This document shows positions 47,982 to 57,716 of a stretch of 64,000 nucleotides of DNA, in pieces. The DNA is from Thermoproteota archaeon (GTDB lineage: Archaea; Korarchaeota; Korarchaeia; Korarchaeales; Korarchaeaceae). The translations under genes and the position numbers were made by a program. The notes under the pieces are model-generated. The model worked only from the letters and a program-made list of their open reading frames with translations. It was not told the DNA's origin and did not search any database. Positions within the stretch are counted from its first letter, which is position 1. Each line of letters begins with the position of its first letter. Location: the NCBI GenBank assembly GCA_027492205.1, contig JAOZFN010000008.1:1-64000 (forward strand). The letters run 5' to 3'.

Positions 47982-50900
47982 CCAGTGTGACGCAAGGCGC
48001 CTAAAAATGGCGAGGTGCACGAGGAAGGCCAGCAGCCCACCAGCAACCTCCGGGGCCCCAGGCTTCGGCTCCTCCCGGCTGGTCAATGGCGGGTCTAACC
48101 GGATGAGGCTGCCCGGAGTGGGCCTCACCTTCCTTAGAATCAGGTACCTGTCGACGACCTCAGGGACTATCTCTACCCCGCCCTCCACGATGACCCTCCT
48201 CTTCACGAGGAGGGAGGCTGTGTACGAGAGGAACTCCAGCCTCCTGGGTTCCTCAAAGACTGTTCTACCCTCCGTCATAACCTCCGGAGTTCTGACGGCC
48301 ATTAGACCCTCCCCCTCGATGCGTATCACAGTATCTCCCAAAGAGAACTCGAGCGTCCTCCCCTCAGGGCTCACCACCCAGATTCGAAGGTTCTTGGCGC
48401 TCGCCGAGAGTTCACTGGCCTGAATACAGACGTAGAGCCCAGATCCACACGATCGACCGGTCTCCCCGCCCAGGCTCAGGTTCAACACGCTGAGGGTCAG
48501 TCTGTCGGCCGCGAGCCCCGCGGCGGAACCCGGCGCCACGGTGAGCCGAATGTCCGCCGCCCTGAGGAAGACCTTCCCGACCGGGAGTAGGACTGCCGAA
48601 CTCGCCGTCAGAGTGGCCGAGTCTGCTCTCAACTCTCCTAAGTAGCTCAGGGTTCGGACGTTTCGCTCGACCTCTCTCTGCGAAGGCTCTGTTGGCGAAA
48701 TCGAGAGAAGCAACCCAAGTATTCCCTCGTCCCAGGACCCCTTGGAGTCCGCTGCGGGGGAGAGCAGCGGCTCCACATTCATCAGGTAAATCCTCCCTCC
48801 CCCCACGTCCATGGCCACCACCAGGGGGACCTCCCCCCCGGTGCCGACGTAGGTCGCCAGTAGCTCCACCCCCTCCCCGGGCCGAGAGCGTGGGACCTCA
48901 ACGGGCGCAGGCAGGGGGACCTCCTCACCGTCAACGCAGACGCTCGTCGCCCTGATCGTGCCTTGAATGGGTTCCAGCATCCGTTCTGAGAAGAACCCTC
49001 GTCCGCCCGATCTATAGACCACCACCCTCCCCCCCGACCTTGCGAAGCTCATCGCCAGGGAAGGGATGGCCCTTTCCCACCCTCCCTCCCCCTCCCCGGT
49101 CGCTGGATCAAACGTCAGAATGAGGGTGTGTGACCTCAGAATGACACCTAGATCGGGAAACAGGGCGGTCGTCAGCCCCCTCGTGAATCTGGCCAGCAGT
49201 CCGAGGAGCCTCAGGGACTCCGGTGAGAGCCCGTCCAAAGGGACCAACGCAACGACCTCCCCGTCTCCCGACACGGGCGAGTACCTGCTCAGGTTGTAGA
49301 GCAGGGCGTTCTCGCTCTCGTAGGCCGGCCTCATGTTCCTCAGCATGCCCTCCACGTAGGTCCCGCCCATCGGCCCAAGGTCCCTCCTCTTGTCGACGTA
49401 CAGGTAGGGGTGGGTGTAGGGCGGGGGCCAGTACATCGCGGCCAGGGTCGCCTCCGGGGTGTAGGCCCTCAGGGTGTCCAGGCTGAAGGATAAGGGCAAC
49501 ACGGACGCGGGGGGGTCGGCGAGCATCAAATCTCTCAGCGATCTGTATGTTACCGTGAGGGGATAGGAGAGGGGGTCCCGGTCGAAGATCAGCCTGAGGT
49601 CCCTGAGGACCTCTATCTCGGCCTCGCTCGGGGCGCTCGATTTGGCCAGCTTCCTCAGACCCGCGGTTCCGGCAAAGGCGGGGACAGCCTCCAGCACAAG
49701 CGTTGAGACCATAAGGGCGGCCAGGACAGCCCTCAACCTACCTCGACGGCCCCCTTCACCCCCCCCGGGGGGTCCGGTCAGGAGCAGCTCTAGTCCGCCT
49801 GCCCACGCAAGTACCGCCAGCAGCTTGATGAGGGGGATCAGCCTCCACTCCCAGAACCTCGTGAAGAAGAACATTACATTTACAAGAGATACGAGTCTGC
49901 CCAGGAGAATGACCCCGACGAGCAGGCCAAGTATCAGCTTGGAGCGGTCATCCCCCCACTCCAGGTGGGCGCTGACGGCCAAGGGGAGGGCCGCGCCAAC
50001 CAAACCCAGCAAGACGGGGTACTGATACCAGGGAACCACTCCAAGCTTGTTTGCCCATCCAGCCCCCTCCCCCGCGGTTGCCCAGAGTATCAGCCCGGAG
50101 ACCTCGAGACCGAACAGGGCGGAGAGCAGCAGGACTGCCCTCTTGCCGCTGGTCACCCCCCTGATGATCGGGGCCCCTAGACCGGGTAGCGCGTAAGAAA
50201 GGGACAGTATACCCAGCATGGCTCCCAAAACGATTATTTCCTGCCAGCTTACCGTGTAGAACGGGAGAGCGGTATCCAACAGGATCTGCGCGACCGCCGA
50301 CATCACTAGACCTGCGGTTATACCGAGCAGGGTTGGCCTGAGGTCTCTCCCCTTCTGGGAGAGGAGGGAATAGGCGGCCAAGGGTCCCGCGACCGCCACA
50401 GCCTCCCCCACGTGGGTGAGGTAGAGACCCGCGACCGCGGCCGCAATCATGGGGGTGAGGGCGCGCCTCAACCTTCTTCCGGAGAGGAGAAGCCAGATGA
50501 GAAAACAGAACAGCATTAGCCCCATGTACCTAGAGTCGTAGACCACCCCAAGCTGGTATACGTTGAAAGGAGTGGCCCTAAACACTGACACGAAGAAATC
50601 CTCTCCCCTGAACGCCACCCTCACCCACTCAAGACCGTCGGTGAGGAGCGAGACGTCTAGGAGGGCCGCGGTGAGCAGCGCCACCCTCTCCGACCGGAGC
50701 AGGGATCTTGCGGTGGAGTACAATGTAATGGGGGCTAGCGCGCTGACCGCAGAGAGGGAGAGCTTGACAATCTCGTCTCTTCCACCCGAGAACGCAATGA
50801 GGGCTCCCAGGTGGGCCCTGAGGAACGGGGGATACGTGGTCAGGAAGGGGAGTGGATTCCCGTAGATCTGGGGAGACCGCCAAAGAATCACGGAAGCCAC

Positions 50901-51389
50901 GTAGTGCCTTGTCATATCGAGGGAGGGGAGATAGGCAAGTTTCGGGTAGAGCCAGAGCGTCAAAGCGATGTGATAGGCGGAGAGGGCCACCAGTCCCGCG
51001 ACCTCCTCAGGGCCCAGGTTGGAGTTGGGCTGGGGCCGCGATCTCGCTCGGCGGGAGGCGAACTTCACAATTCCAACGATACCCAGAGCCAGTTCACCCA
51101 CCAGTAGGGTAACCCTTCTCGACCCCGGACTCAGCGGGAGGGTCGTGAGGGTGGCCCAGCCCATAATCAGGTAGCTAACCACGTACGATGCGGAGACGAT
51201 CTCTGGGGGAGTCAACGAAGTTGTAAGGCCGATCAGGTCCAGCAAAACGAGTCCCGGCAGCAGCCAGAGTAGCGGCGCCGAGACCAGAACCCCCACGTCT
51301 CCTAGGCCGTCGGCCCCCGCCAGCAAGAGCGACGTGGCGGCGACCAAGGCGAGGCTTCCCACCGCCCCCGCTCGTCTCAAGACAGTCAC
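47847..51389 (-). CDS. Large multi-pass membrane protein, GT-C-like N-terminal half plus extracellular domain and C-terminal TM
   Basis: 1180 aa; many TMs; LDMTRHY and YPPFLRAH in the first large loop; paralog of 51398-55609. Confidence 0.7.
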   Translation of the reverse strand: MTVLRRAGAVGSLALVAATSLLLAGADGLGDVGVLVSAPLLWLLPGLVLLDLIGLTTSLTPPEIVSASYVVSYLIMGWATLTTLPLSPGSRRVTLLVGELALGIVGIVKFASRRARSRPQPNSNLGPEEVAGLVALSAYHIALTLWLYPKLAYLPSLDMTRHYVASVILWRSPQIYGNPLPFLTTYPPFLRAHLGALIAFSGGRDEIVKLSLSAVSALAPITLYSTARSLLRSERVALLTAALLDVSLLTDGLEWVRVAFRGEDFFVSVFRATPFNVYQLGVVYDSRYMGLMLFCFLIWLLLSGRRLRRALTPMIAAAVAGLYLTHVGEAVAVAGPLAAYSLLSQKGRDLRPTLLGITAGLVMSAVAQILLDTALPFYTVSWQEIIVLGAMLGILSLSYALPGLGAPIIRGVTSGKRAVLLLSALFGLEVSGLILWATAGEGAGWANKLGVVPWYQYPVLLGLVGAALPLAVSAHLEWGDDRSKLILGLLVGVILLGRLVSLVNVMFFFTRFWEWRLIPLIKLLAVLAWAGGLELLLTGPPGGGEGGRRGRLRAVLAALMVSTLVLEAVPAFAGTAGLRKLAKSSAPSEAEIEVLRDLRLIFDRDPLSYPLTVTYRSLRDLMLADPPASVLPLSFSLDTLRAYTPEATLAAMYWPPPYTHPYLYVDKRRDLGPMGGTYVEGMLRNMRPAYESENALLYNLSRYSPVSGDGEVVALVPLDGLSPESLRLLGLLARFTRGLTTALFPDLGVILRSHTLILTFDPATGEGEGGWERAIPSLAMSFARSGGRVVVYRSGGRGFFSERMLEPIQGTIRATSVCVDGEEVPLPAPVEVPRSRPGEGVELLATYVGTGGEVPLVVAMDVGGGRIYLMNVEPLLSPAADSKGSWDEGILGLLLSISPTEPSQREVERNVRTLSYLGELRADSATLTASSAVLLPVGKVFLRAADIRLTVAPGSAAGLAADRLTLSVLNLSLGGETGRSCGSGLYVCIQASELSASAKNLRIWVVSPEGRTLEFSLGDTVIRIEGEGLMAVRTPEVMTEGRTVFEEPRRLEFLSYTASLLVKRRVIVEGGVEIVPEVVDRYLILRKVRPTPGSLIRLDPPLTSREEPKPGAPEVAGGLLAFLVHLAIFRRLASHWSPPGPEPPPNRPARRHPGEVYLPLGLTQHGPALQPPPERETRER
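49253..49484. repeat. 232-bp exact direct repeat, copy 1
   Basis: Identical by eye to 53407-53638. Confidence 0.92.
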
Positions 51390-51397
51390 CTCACGTT

Positions 51398-54300
51398 CTA
51401 TAGCGTCGTTTGGTCTTCGTTCAGCTCAGACCGATGACTTCCCCCGCCGTTCAGAACCCTCAGTGCGAGCACCGCGATCAGAATTGGTGGGGTAATGGTC
51501 AGGGCCGCCAGAAGCGTGGAGGTCCGGATTAGGCCGGTGGGCCCCTCCAGGGGGGGGTCTAAAAACCATTCACCGGAGAAGCTCACCTCCGAGATTAAGA
51601 GATAGTTTCTGTCCACCAGCCCTATCGCCAGGCTGGCCTCCCCCTCCAGGATCACCCGCCTGTCCTTTAGGGTCGATGCATGGTAGGGGACGAATTCCAG
51701 CCGCTGCGGTCCATAAATGGTAAGAGTCCCGTTTAGCTCAAGGGTGGGCCGCCTGAACAGGGCTGCAACGCTCCCGTTGATCGGTGTCACTTCAACCGCG
51801 TAGCTCCCGGGGGGGAGGGTGAGCAGTCTGCTCTCAGCGGCGCTGCCGTTTCTCGCGACGAGGACGTTGAGGGGGCCCCTGGACCACGCGCCCAGGACCA
51901 GGGGCGAGCTTAGGGTCACCGGATAGTACAGGCCGGATAGCACCAGCCCTGAAGGAGCTGACCATCCCTCCCAGAGGGGCCCCCTCCCGACCTCGACGGA
52001 ACCCGTCCTGAGGAGGCCTTCGTCGGCGGAGAGCCCAACCTGAGAGCAGTTATCTACTGACAGGACCTCCTCGCCGTCTGCCCTGAGGTCCACGACTCTC
52101 ACAGAAAGAAGGCCGGAAGATCCGCTGGAGAGGTTCTCAGGCAACCCGAAGAGGACGGCAGATTTGGCCTCGACCCTCATGTCCGCCCCGGAGAGTCCCT
52201 TGACGTAGTATCCCTCCTCCACGTTCTTGTCAACCTTCTGGACACCGAGTTCCTCCCCTATCAGCTCCATTGGAGCTAGGATTGAGTAGAGCCTGTCGAG
52301 AACATCCCTATTGACTCCTCCAATCTCTCGAACGTGCCTGAAAATTGGGAAGGCGTTTACCAGGTAGACCTCCCCCCCCTTCACGCTCAACCTGAGTATG
52401 TAAGGGGATATTGATCCCTCGGGAGTCGTGTAATTCGCCAGAACGCTGACCTCTCCGGTGGCCCTTGCCTCGCTCACCTCCACGGGGGTGGGAGGGAGGG
52501 TGCCTGAGACGAGGCCCGAGACGGACGTTGAGTTTAATAATTTCGCCGAAATTCTCATCAAAAGTTCAGAGAAGTAATTATATCCATTCAAATTGTAGAC
52601 AACTACGGACCTCCCAGACTCGGCTATGGAGAGCAGGTTCTCCCCAGTGAGATAGGGCCCCCAATCCCCCCACGCAATCCGCTGGTAGTACTCGGCCTCG
52701 AAGGTCTTGAGGACCGGGGAGTGGGCCCTCCCTCTGGCGACGCCCACCCTCCCCGGTGGGACGGGCACCTCCCCTTGGAAGACCTCCTCTCCGTTGATCG
52801 AAAGTGAGACCACGTCGGGCCTGACCCTGACTTGCATTGTGAGTTGGCCTCCTGGCTCCCAGTCCCCGAGTTTTCGATATCTCCTCGGTATCGTGACGGC
52901 TTCGGTCCAGCTCTCACCGTTGACAATCCTCAGGGCCCCGTAGATCTCTCCGGCGGGGGTGAAGAAGAGTTCGAGGAGGCTGAAGTTCCCCCTGGACTCA
53001 TAGGAGAAGATCACTCCGATGTAGCCTACGCTGTTCAGGGGTATTCCCCTGGGGAGGGAGAGATCCAGGGTCAAGTTGATGTTGTCCGTCTGCACCATGG
53101 GGGCCAGCCTGAAGGAGAGATATGCCTCCTCGGCCTCCGTTCCGGGCAGGTCTAGACCCTCCAGAGGCACCCTCTCCACCCAGGAGGGGGTCCAGTCCGA
53201 GACATCATCTCGGGGTGCGTGCAGGGTCAAGAACGTGCCGTTGTCGAACGGGGGGTCGTAGGGGACGACGATGACATCCTTCTGCAGGGCAGCCGGGTCC
53301 ATGTCCAGGAATGTCGTTACTGAGTAGCCCAGGCGGGCGAAGGCAAGGAGGCAAAGAGAAGACGCGTCGTTTGGGGAGATCACCCGGTTCGACGCCACGA
53401 GAAACGCGACCTCCCCGTCTCCCGACACGGGCGAGTACCTGCTCAGGTTGTAGAGCAGGGCGTTCTCGCTCTCGTAGGCCGGCCTCATGTTCCTCAGCAT
53501 GCCCTCCACGTAGGTCCCGCCCATCGGCCCAAGGTCCCTCCTCTTGTCGACGTACAGGTAGGGGTGGGTGTAGGGCGGGGGCCAGTACATCGCGGCCAGG
53601 GTCGCCTCCGGGGTGTAGGCCCTCAGGGTGTCCAGGCTCAAGGCCAGAGGCACTATCTCTAGTGGGGGAGCAGCCAGCGTCAGGCGCGTCAGCGTGTCGG
53701 TCGTGATCGCCAGGGGATATGCCTCCGGGTCCCCCTCGAACACCTCTCTGGCGGCCGAGAGATCCGCCAGCTGAGACGCGTCTGGCGCCCTTATGTGTGC
53801 CAGCCTGACCAGGCCCGAGCTCCCTACAAGCGTGGGTCCCCCTTCATACAGCACGATGGAAGCGATCGCGATGACCGTCAATGACCTCCTGAGGATTGCG
53901 CGTCTCTGGGAGGGCCCCCCAGCCGCCACAGCCTCCCCTACACGCGTCAGCGTCAGGCCGGCAAGTAATGAGAGGGGGAGCTTTGCCAACCTAACTAGCC
54001 TCCACTCCCAGTACCTGATTAGCCCGTACCTGGCAGAGATCTCGGATATCGAGCTACCGGCGATCAAGCAGAGGCCAGCGAAGGTTACCAGGGTCAGCAG
54101 ACCTCTCATCTCGTCGTCATCCGTGGAGCCCAGCAGCTTGAGGGAGAAGATGCTCAGTATGCCGGAGAGCCCGAACGTGGCAGCGTAGCCGTACCATGGA
54201 ACCGACCCCTTCGCAATCCTTATGCCGCCCCACCATCCGGAGACGTCAATCCATACGACGAGCCCGAGAAAGTAGACGTACAGCGCCGCCGCCAGCGCGG

Positions 54301-55609
54301 CGCGGGCGGGCCAGTCCCCCCCGATGATTGTGCGTCTCAGCCTACCTGCCCAGCCGGGTCTCCCCAGTCCAACCCCAGTTCTCAACATGAACTCCGACGA
54401 AACCAGGAAGAGCGCGGGCAGGAGGCACGCCGCCATCTCCTGAGCACCGATCGAGTACACTGGCAGAATCCTGTCCAGCGCAATGAAGGCAGCTCCCGCC
54501 GACGCCAGGGCGGCCGCAGACCCAAGGGTCACGGGTCGCCCGTGCCATCTCCTCCCCGATAGGTTTAACGCTGCCACCGCAACCGACAGGAGAGCGCCCT
54601 CCACCACGTGAGTGAGCTGGTTGGCGAGGACGAGGAGGAATATGATCAGCGCACCCCGACCCGCGGAAAGGTCACGTCTCCTGGGGAGGCTGAAGATGAC
54701 CCAGAGAGCGGCGAGGGTTAGGAGAATGGCGGCGAACTTAGCGTCGTAGACAAGGCCGGGCAGGTAGGCACCCCCCGATAGCAGCTCGAACGGAAGCTTC
54801 GAGAGCCCACCGGCCACCAGCCTCCTAAGCCAGGGGAACCCTGTTGAGTAGATGGACAGATCTCCAAGGGCGGCGGCAGCTGCGGGGAACCTCCGCCATC
54901 TCCGGCCAGCAAGAGCCCCTGCCGTTGCGTAGAAGGCCAGGGGGAGCACCCAGCTCACCGAGGAAGTGGCTGACATAACGACGGCGTCAGGCGTCCGCGA
55001 AAGGTATATGAACGCTCCCAAGTGCGCCCTGAGGAACGGGGGGTAAGAAAAGAATATCTCCACTGGCTTCCCGTAAAGGAGAGGGGTTCTCCAGAGTATG
55101 ATGGCCCCCGCGTAGTGCCTCACCATGTCGGTGTCCGGGAGGTACGCTATCTCTGGATACCCCACAACCGTGAAGGCCGCGCGTGTTCCGATCAGCGCCA
55201 GCAAGACGATCCAGTCGTTCGGGTGATAGAGGCCCAACCCTGGAGAGACCGCTTCGACCCTCCTTGAGATCGCCAGGCCAGCTACCCCCTCGGCCGCTGT
55301 GGACAACGTCAGGGCGACCGCCTTGGATCGAACGTCGAGCGTCAGCGTGGCGAGGGAGAGCAACCCCACGAGAGAGTAGCTGAGGGGAACTGAGATCGCA
55401 AGCTGCTCCAGAAGGCTCATTCCCTTCGACGCTCCAATGATCCTCAAAAGCACGAGCCCTGGGAGCAGCCAGCAGAGAAGGTAGGAGAGTCCGAGCCGGG
55501 CGAGTCCCAGGGGAATTCCGGCAGCTTCATCGATAAACAGGAGGAGCGATACGAGAACTAGGGCGAGTTCTGGAGACTTTTTCCCCAGGTCCGAGGGAGG
55601 ATCCCCCAT
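51398..55609 (-). CDS. Large multi-pass membrane protein, GT-C-like, with an extra beta-rich extracellular insert
   Basis: 1403 aa; TDMVRHY, YPPFLRAHLGA, LTHV.E and WEWRL shared with the paralog. Confidence 0.7.
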   Translation of the reverse strand: MGDPPSDLGKKSPELALVLVSLLLFIDEAAGIPLGLARLGLSYLLCWLLPGLVLLRIIGASKGMSLLEQLAISVPLSYSLVGLLSLATLTLDVRSKAVALTLSTAAEGVAGLAISRRVEAVSPGLGLYHPNDWIVLLALIGTRAAFTVVGYPEIAYLPDTDMVRHYAGAIILWRTPLLYGKPVEIFFSYPPFLRAHLGAFIYLSRTPDAVVMSATSSVSWVLPLAFYATAGALAGRRWRRFPAAAAALGDLSIYSTGFPWLRRLVAGGLSKLPFELLSGGAYLPGLVYDAKFAAILLTLAALWVIFSLPRRRDLSAGRGALIIFLLVLANQLTHVVEGALLSVAVAALNLSGRRWHGRPVTLGSAAALASAGAAFIALDRILPVYSIGAQEMAACLLPALFLVSSEFMLRTGVGLGRPGWAGRLRRTIIGGDWPARAALAAALYVYFLGLVVWIDVSGWWGGIRIAKGSVPWYGYAATFGLSGILSIFSLKLLGSTDDDEMRGLLTLVTFAGLCLIAGSSISEISARYGLIRYWEWRLVRLAKLPLSLLAGLTLTRVGEAVAAGGPSQRRAILRRSLTVIAIASIVLYEGGPTLVGSSGLVRLAHIRAPDASQLADLSAAREVFEGDPEAYPLAITTDTLTRLTLAAPPLEIVPLALSLDTLRAYTPEATLAAMYWPPPYTHPYLYVDKRRDLGPMGGTYVEGMLRNMRPAYESENALLYNLSRYSPVSGDGEVAFLVASNRVISPNDASSLCLLAFARLGYSVTTFLDMDPAALQKDVIVVPYDPPFDNGTFLTLHAPRDDVSDWTPSWVERVPLEGLDLPGTEAEEAYLSFRLAPMVQTDNINLTLDLSLPRGIPLNSVGYIGVIFSYESRGNFSLLELFFTPAGEIYGALRIVNGESWTEAVTIPRRYRKLGDWEPGGQLTMQVRVRPDVVSLSINGEEVFQGEVPVPPGRVGVARGRAHSPVLKTFEAEYYQRIAWGDWGPYLTGENLLSIAESGRSVVVYNLNGYNYFSELLMRISAKLLNSTSVSGLVSGTLPPTPVEVSEARATGEVSVLANYTTPEGSISPYILRLSVKGGEVYLVNAFPIFRHVREIGGVNRDVLDRLYSILAPMELIGEELGVQKVDKNVEEGYYVKGLSGADMRVEAKSAVLFGLPENLSSGSSGLLSVRVVDLRADGEEVLSVDNCSQVGLSADEGLLRTGSVEVGRGPLWEGWSAPSGLVLSGLYYPVTLSSPLVLGAWSRGPLNVLVARNGSAAESRLLTLPPGSYAVEVTPINGSVAALFRRPTLELNGTLTIYGPQRLEFVPYHASTLKDRRVILEGEASLAIGLVDRNYLLISEVSFSGEWFLDPPLEGPTGLIRTSTLLAALTITPPILIAVLALRVLNGGGSHRSELNEDQTTL
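53407..53638. repeat. 232-bp exact direct repeat, copy 2
   Basis: Identical by eye to 49253-49484. Confidence 0.92.
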
Positions 55610-55694
55610 CTACGCTCGGCGATCGGGTCACTGAGAATGTAATAAATAGAGTGCGCCGAATCCCAGAGATCACCCGAATCGGAGGTGTAAATGG

Positions 55695-56639
55695 ATGTCG
55701 GAAGGGAAGGGGTCGTCGCGGGAGGGGGCTAAGATCGTAGCGTGTATTCCGGCCTATAACGAGGAGGAAACCATCGGAGAGGTGGTTTCATGTGCGAGAA
55801 GGTACGTGGATGTTGTGCTGGTCTGCGACGACGGCTCGACCGACAGGACCGCTGAAAGGGCCGAGATGGCCGGAGCCATCGTCCTAAGGCACCCCAGAAA
55901 CAGGGGGTACGGGGCGGCCCTCAGGACCCTCCTCACGGCAGCTCTGGAATACGACCCGGATGTCGTCGTGACGCTGGACGCGGATGGTCAACACGACCCA
56001 GCCGACATCCCCTCGATCGCGGCCCCGATAATAGAGGGGCGGGCAGACGTTGTGATAGGTTCTCGCTTTTTATCCAGCGATTCAAGAAAAGAGGTTCCAA
56101 GATATAGGGAGTTAGGCATCAGAGTCATAACTAAAGTGGCCAGCGGGATCTCCGGGCTGGACATCAGCGACTCCCAGAGCGGGTTTAGGGCCTTTAGTAA
56201 GAGGGCCGTCAGATCCATTAAAATAATGGACGATGGGATGGGGGCCACGCTTGAGGTTATCCAACAAGCTGCCGCCCTCGGCCTCCGCGTTGAGGAAGTT
56301 CCGGTGGTGATACGCTACAGGGGATTGGAGACGTCTACCTACAATCCAATCAGGCAAGGGCTCGGCCTACTGCTAAAGCTCGCGGATTTGATTGGATGGA
56401 GGAGGCCGCTTGTCTCCTTTGGAGTGCCGGCGGCGGCCTCTCTGATAGTCTCTATGGTATTCACCGTTAAGCTGCTTAGAATATTCAACTTGACCAGGTA
56501 CTTCAGCGTTCCGCTGGCATTACTCTCCACTGCCTTCGGGATAGTAAGTGCGATTCTGTTCTCCACCGGGGTCACTATATATGCCGTTAAGAAGGCCGTC
56601 AGGGAGGAGATGAAGATGAGGTTAGCATCCCATCGCTAG
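55695..56639 (+). CDS. GT2 glycosyltransferase, DPM-synthase-like with two C-terminal TMs
   Basis: IPAYNEE, DDGSTD, NRGYG, DADGQH, GSRF and DSQSGFRA motifs. Confidence 0.92.
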   Translation: MSEGKGSSREGAKIVACIPAYNEEETIGEVVSCARRYVDVVLVCDDGSTDRTAERAEMAGAIVLRHPRNRGYGAALRTLLTAALEYDPDVVVTLDADGQHDPADIPSIAAPIIEGRADVVIGSRFLSSDSRKEVPRYRELGIRVITKVASGISGLDISDSQSGFRAFSKRAVRSIKIMDDGMGATLEVIQQAAALGLRVEEVPVVIRYRGLETSTYNPIRQGLGLLLKLADLIGWRRPLVSFGVPAAASLIVSMVFTVKLLRIFNLTRYFSVPLALLSTAFGIVSAILFSTGVTIYAVKKAVREEMKMRLASHR

Positions 56640-56885
56640 TGGCCCTACCCCCGCTCTAGAGGTACCCGCGGCTCCCCTGGCATCTCCTTTATATCCCCAC
56701 TCCTCCAAAGGATACACTTCTCCCCCCTGATCCCCTGGAAAGATCTCCTTCACCGCGTTCACCACGTCCCCTCCCAGTCGTGACGGGAGGGGCCGAGGAT
56801 CGTCGACCCTCCGGCAGGGGCTCCGGCGAAGGCCCTTCCCATAAGTAGTCCGACGGGCCCTGCTCGCTCCCCCTCAGCCCGGTCA

Positions 56886-57098
56886 TCAGAGGTAACCCAG
56901 GCTCCTGAGTCGCTCCTTTATCTCCTCCTCCTCCTCCGGAGAGTAAACCTGTTCACTAGCCTCCTCCGAGAGGACCTCCTGAAGAAGGAACTCAACGAGA
57001 GCCTCCACCGAAGAGAAGTCGGGGGTGTTCTCTACCCACTTCCTCGCCTTCTCATAGAGTTCCCGTGGGATCTCCACGCTGACTTTCTCGCCTTCCAC
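56886..57098 (-). CDS. Small CopG/RHH protein with C-terminal EEEEIKERLRSLGYL tail
   Basis: VSVEIPRELYEK...FSSVEALVEFLL; upstream TATA. Confidence 0.8.
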   Translation of the reverse strand: MEGEKVSVEIPRELYEKARKWVENTPDFSSVEALVEFLLQEVLSEEASEQVYSPEEEEEIKERLRSLGYL

Positions 57099-57716
57099 GC
57101 CTACCCCACCTCCTCGGGAGGCGTCGGCGGCTCCTATTTAAGAAAGTTTGCACGGCAGAAAGCGACCTTCCCCCCGCCGAGGCGCCTCGCGGTGGCGCCC
57201 CGCCGTGAGCGCCCTCCTGAGGAGGTCCTTAGGATTCCTGCCCGGGGCGATCCTTGAGGAGCACCTGGCGCAGACTCGACAGACTTTAGCTCATCCTCAC
57301 GGGCCTCCCTGACCCCCGTATGAGGACGCAGGGGACGCGGCTTTGCTTCTCGCCAGAAGCCTGGAGACGGGAAACGGTGAGCGGACGCTACATCGGAAGA
57401 AGATGGTGGTGGGAGGAATCGCTAAAGCCTGTGGTGAGAGAGAAGGGCCCCTTTGAGGGGATCTGAGGGAGTACTCCCTTTTGGGCGGGGGTGGGAGGGG
57501 CCTAGTGGTAGTGAAGGACGGCGGCTTTACGCGTGGAGGTGAGATAAGGTCCGTCATGAGGGGCCTGGCCGATCTCCCGGATGAGTGGAGTCGCTGAAGG
57601 GGGAGTATGCGGCGTGAGGGTCAACCTCCACGCTCTCCGGGAGATGGACAACCGTCGGTTGCCTACCCATAATCCCTTAGGGTAGAGAGGGAGAGGGAGA
57701 GACTATAGAAGTCCGG

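Noticed and set aside
49253-53638. 232-bp repeat as a DGR template/variable pair or as IS ends
   Set aside because: No adenine-specific mismatches, and no reverse transcriptase or transposase in the window
56689-56886. 65-aa ORF overlapping the RHH-LGY stop
   Set aside because: Composition is not protein-like and there is no motif
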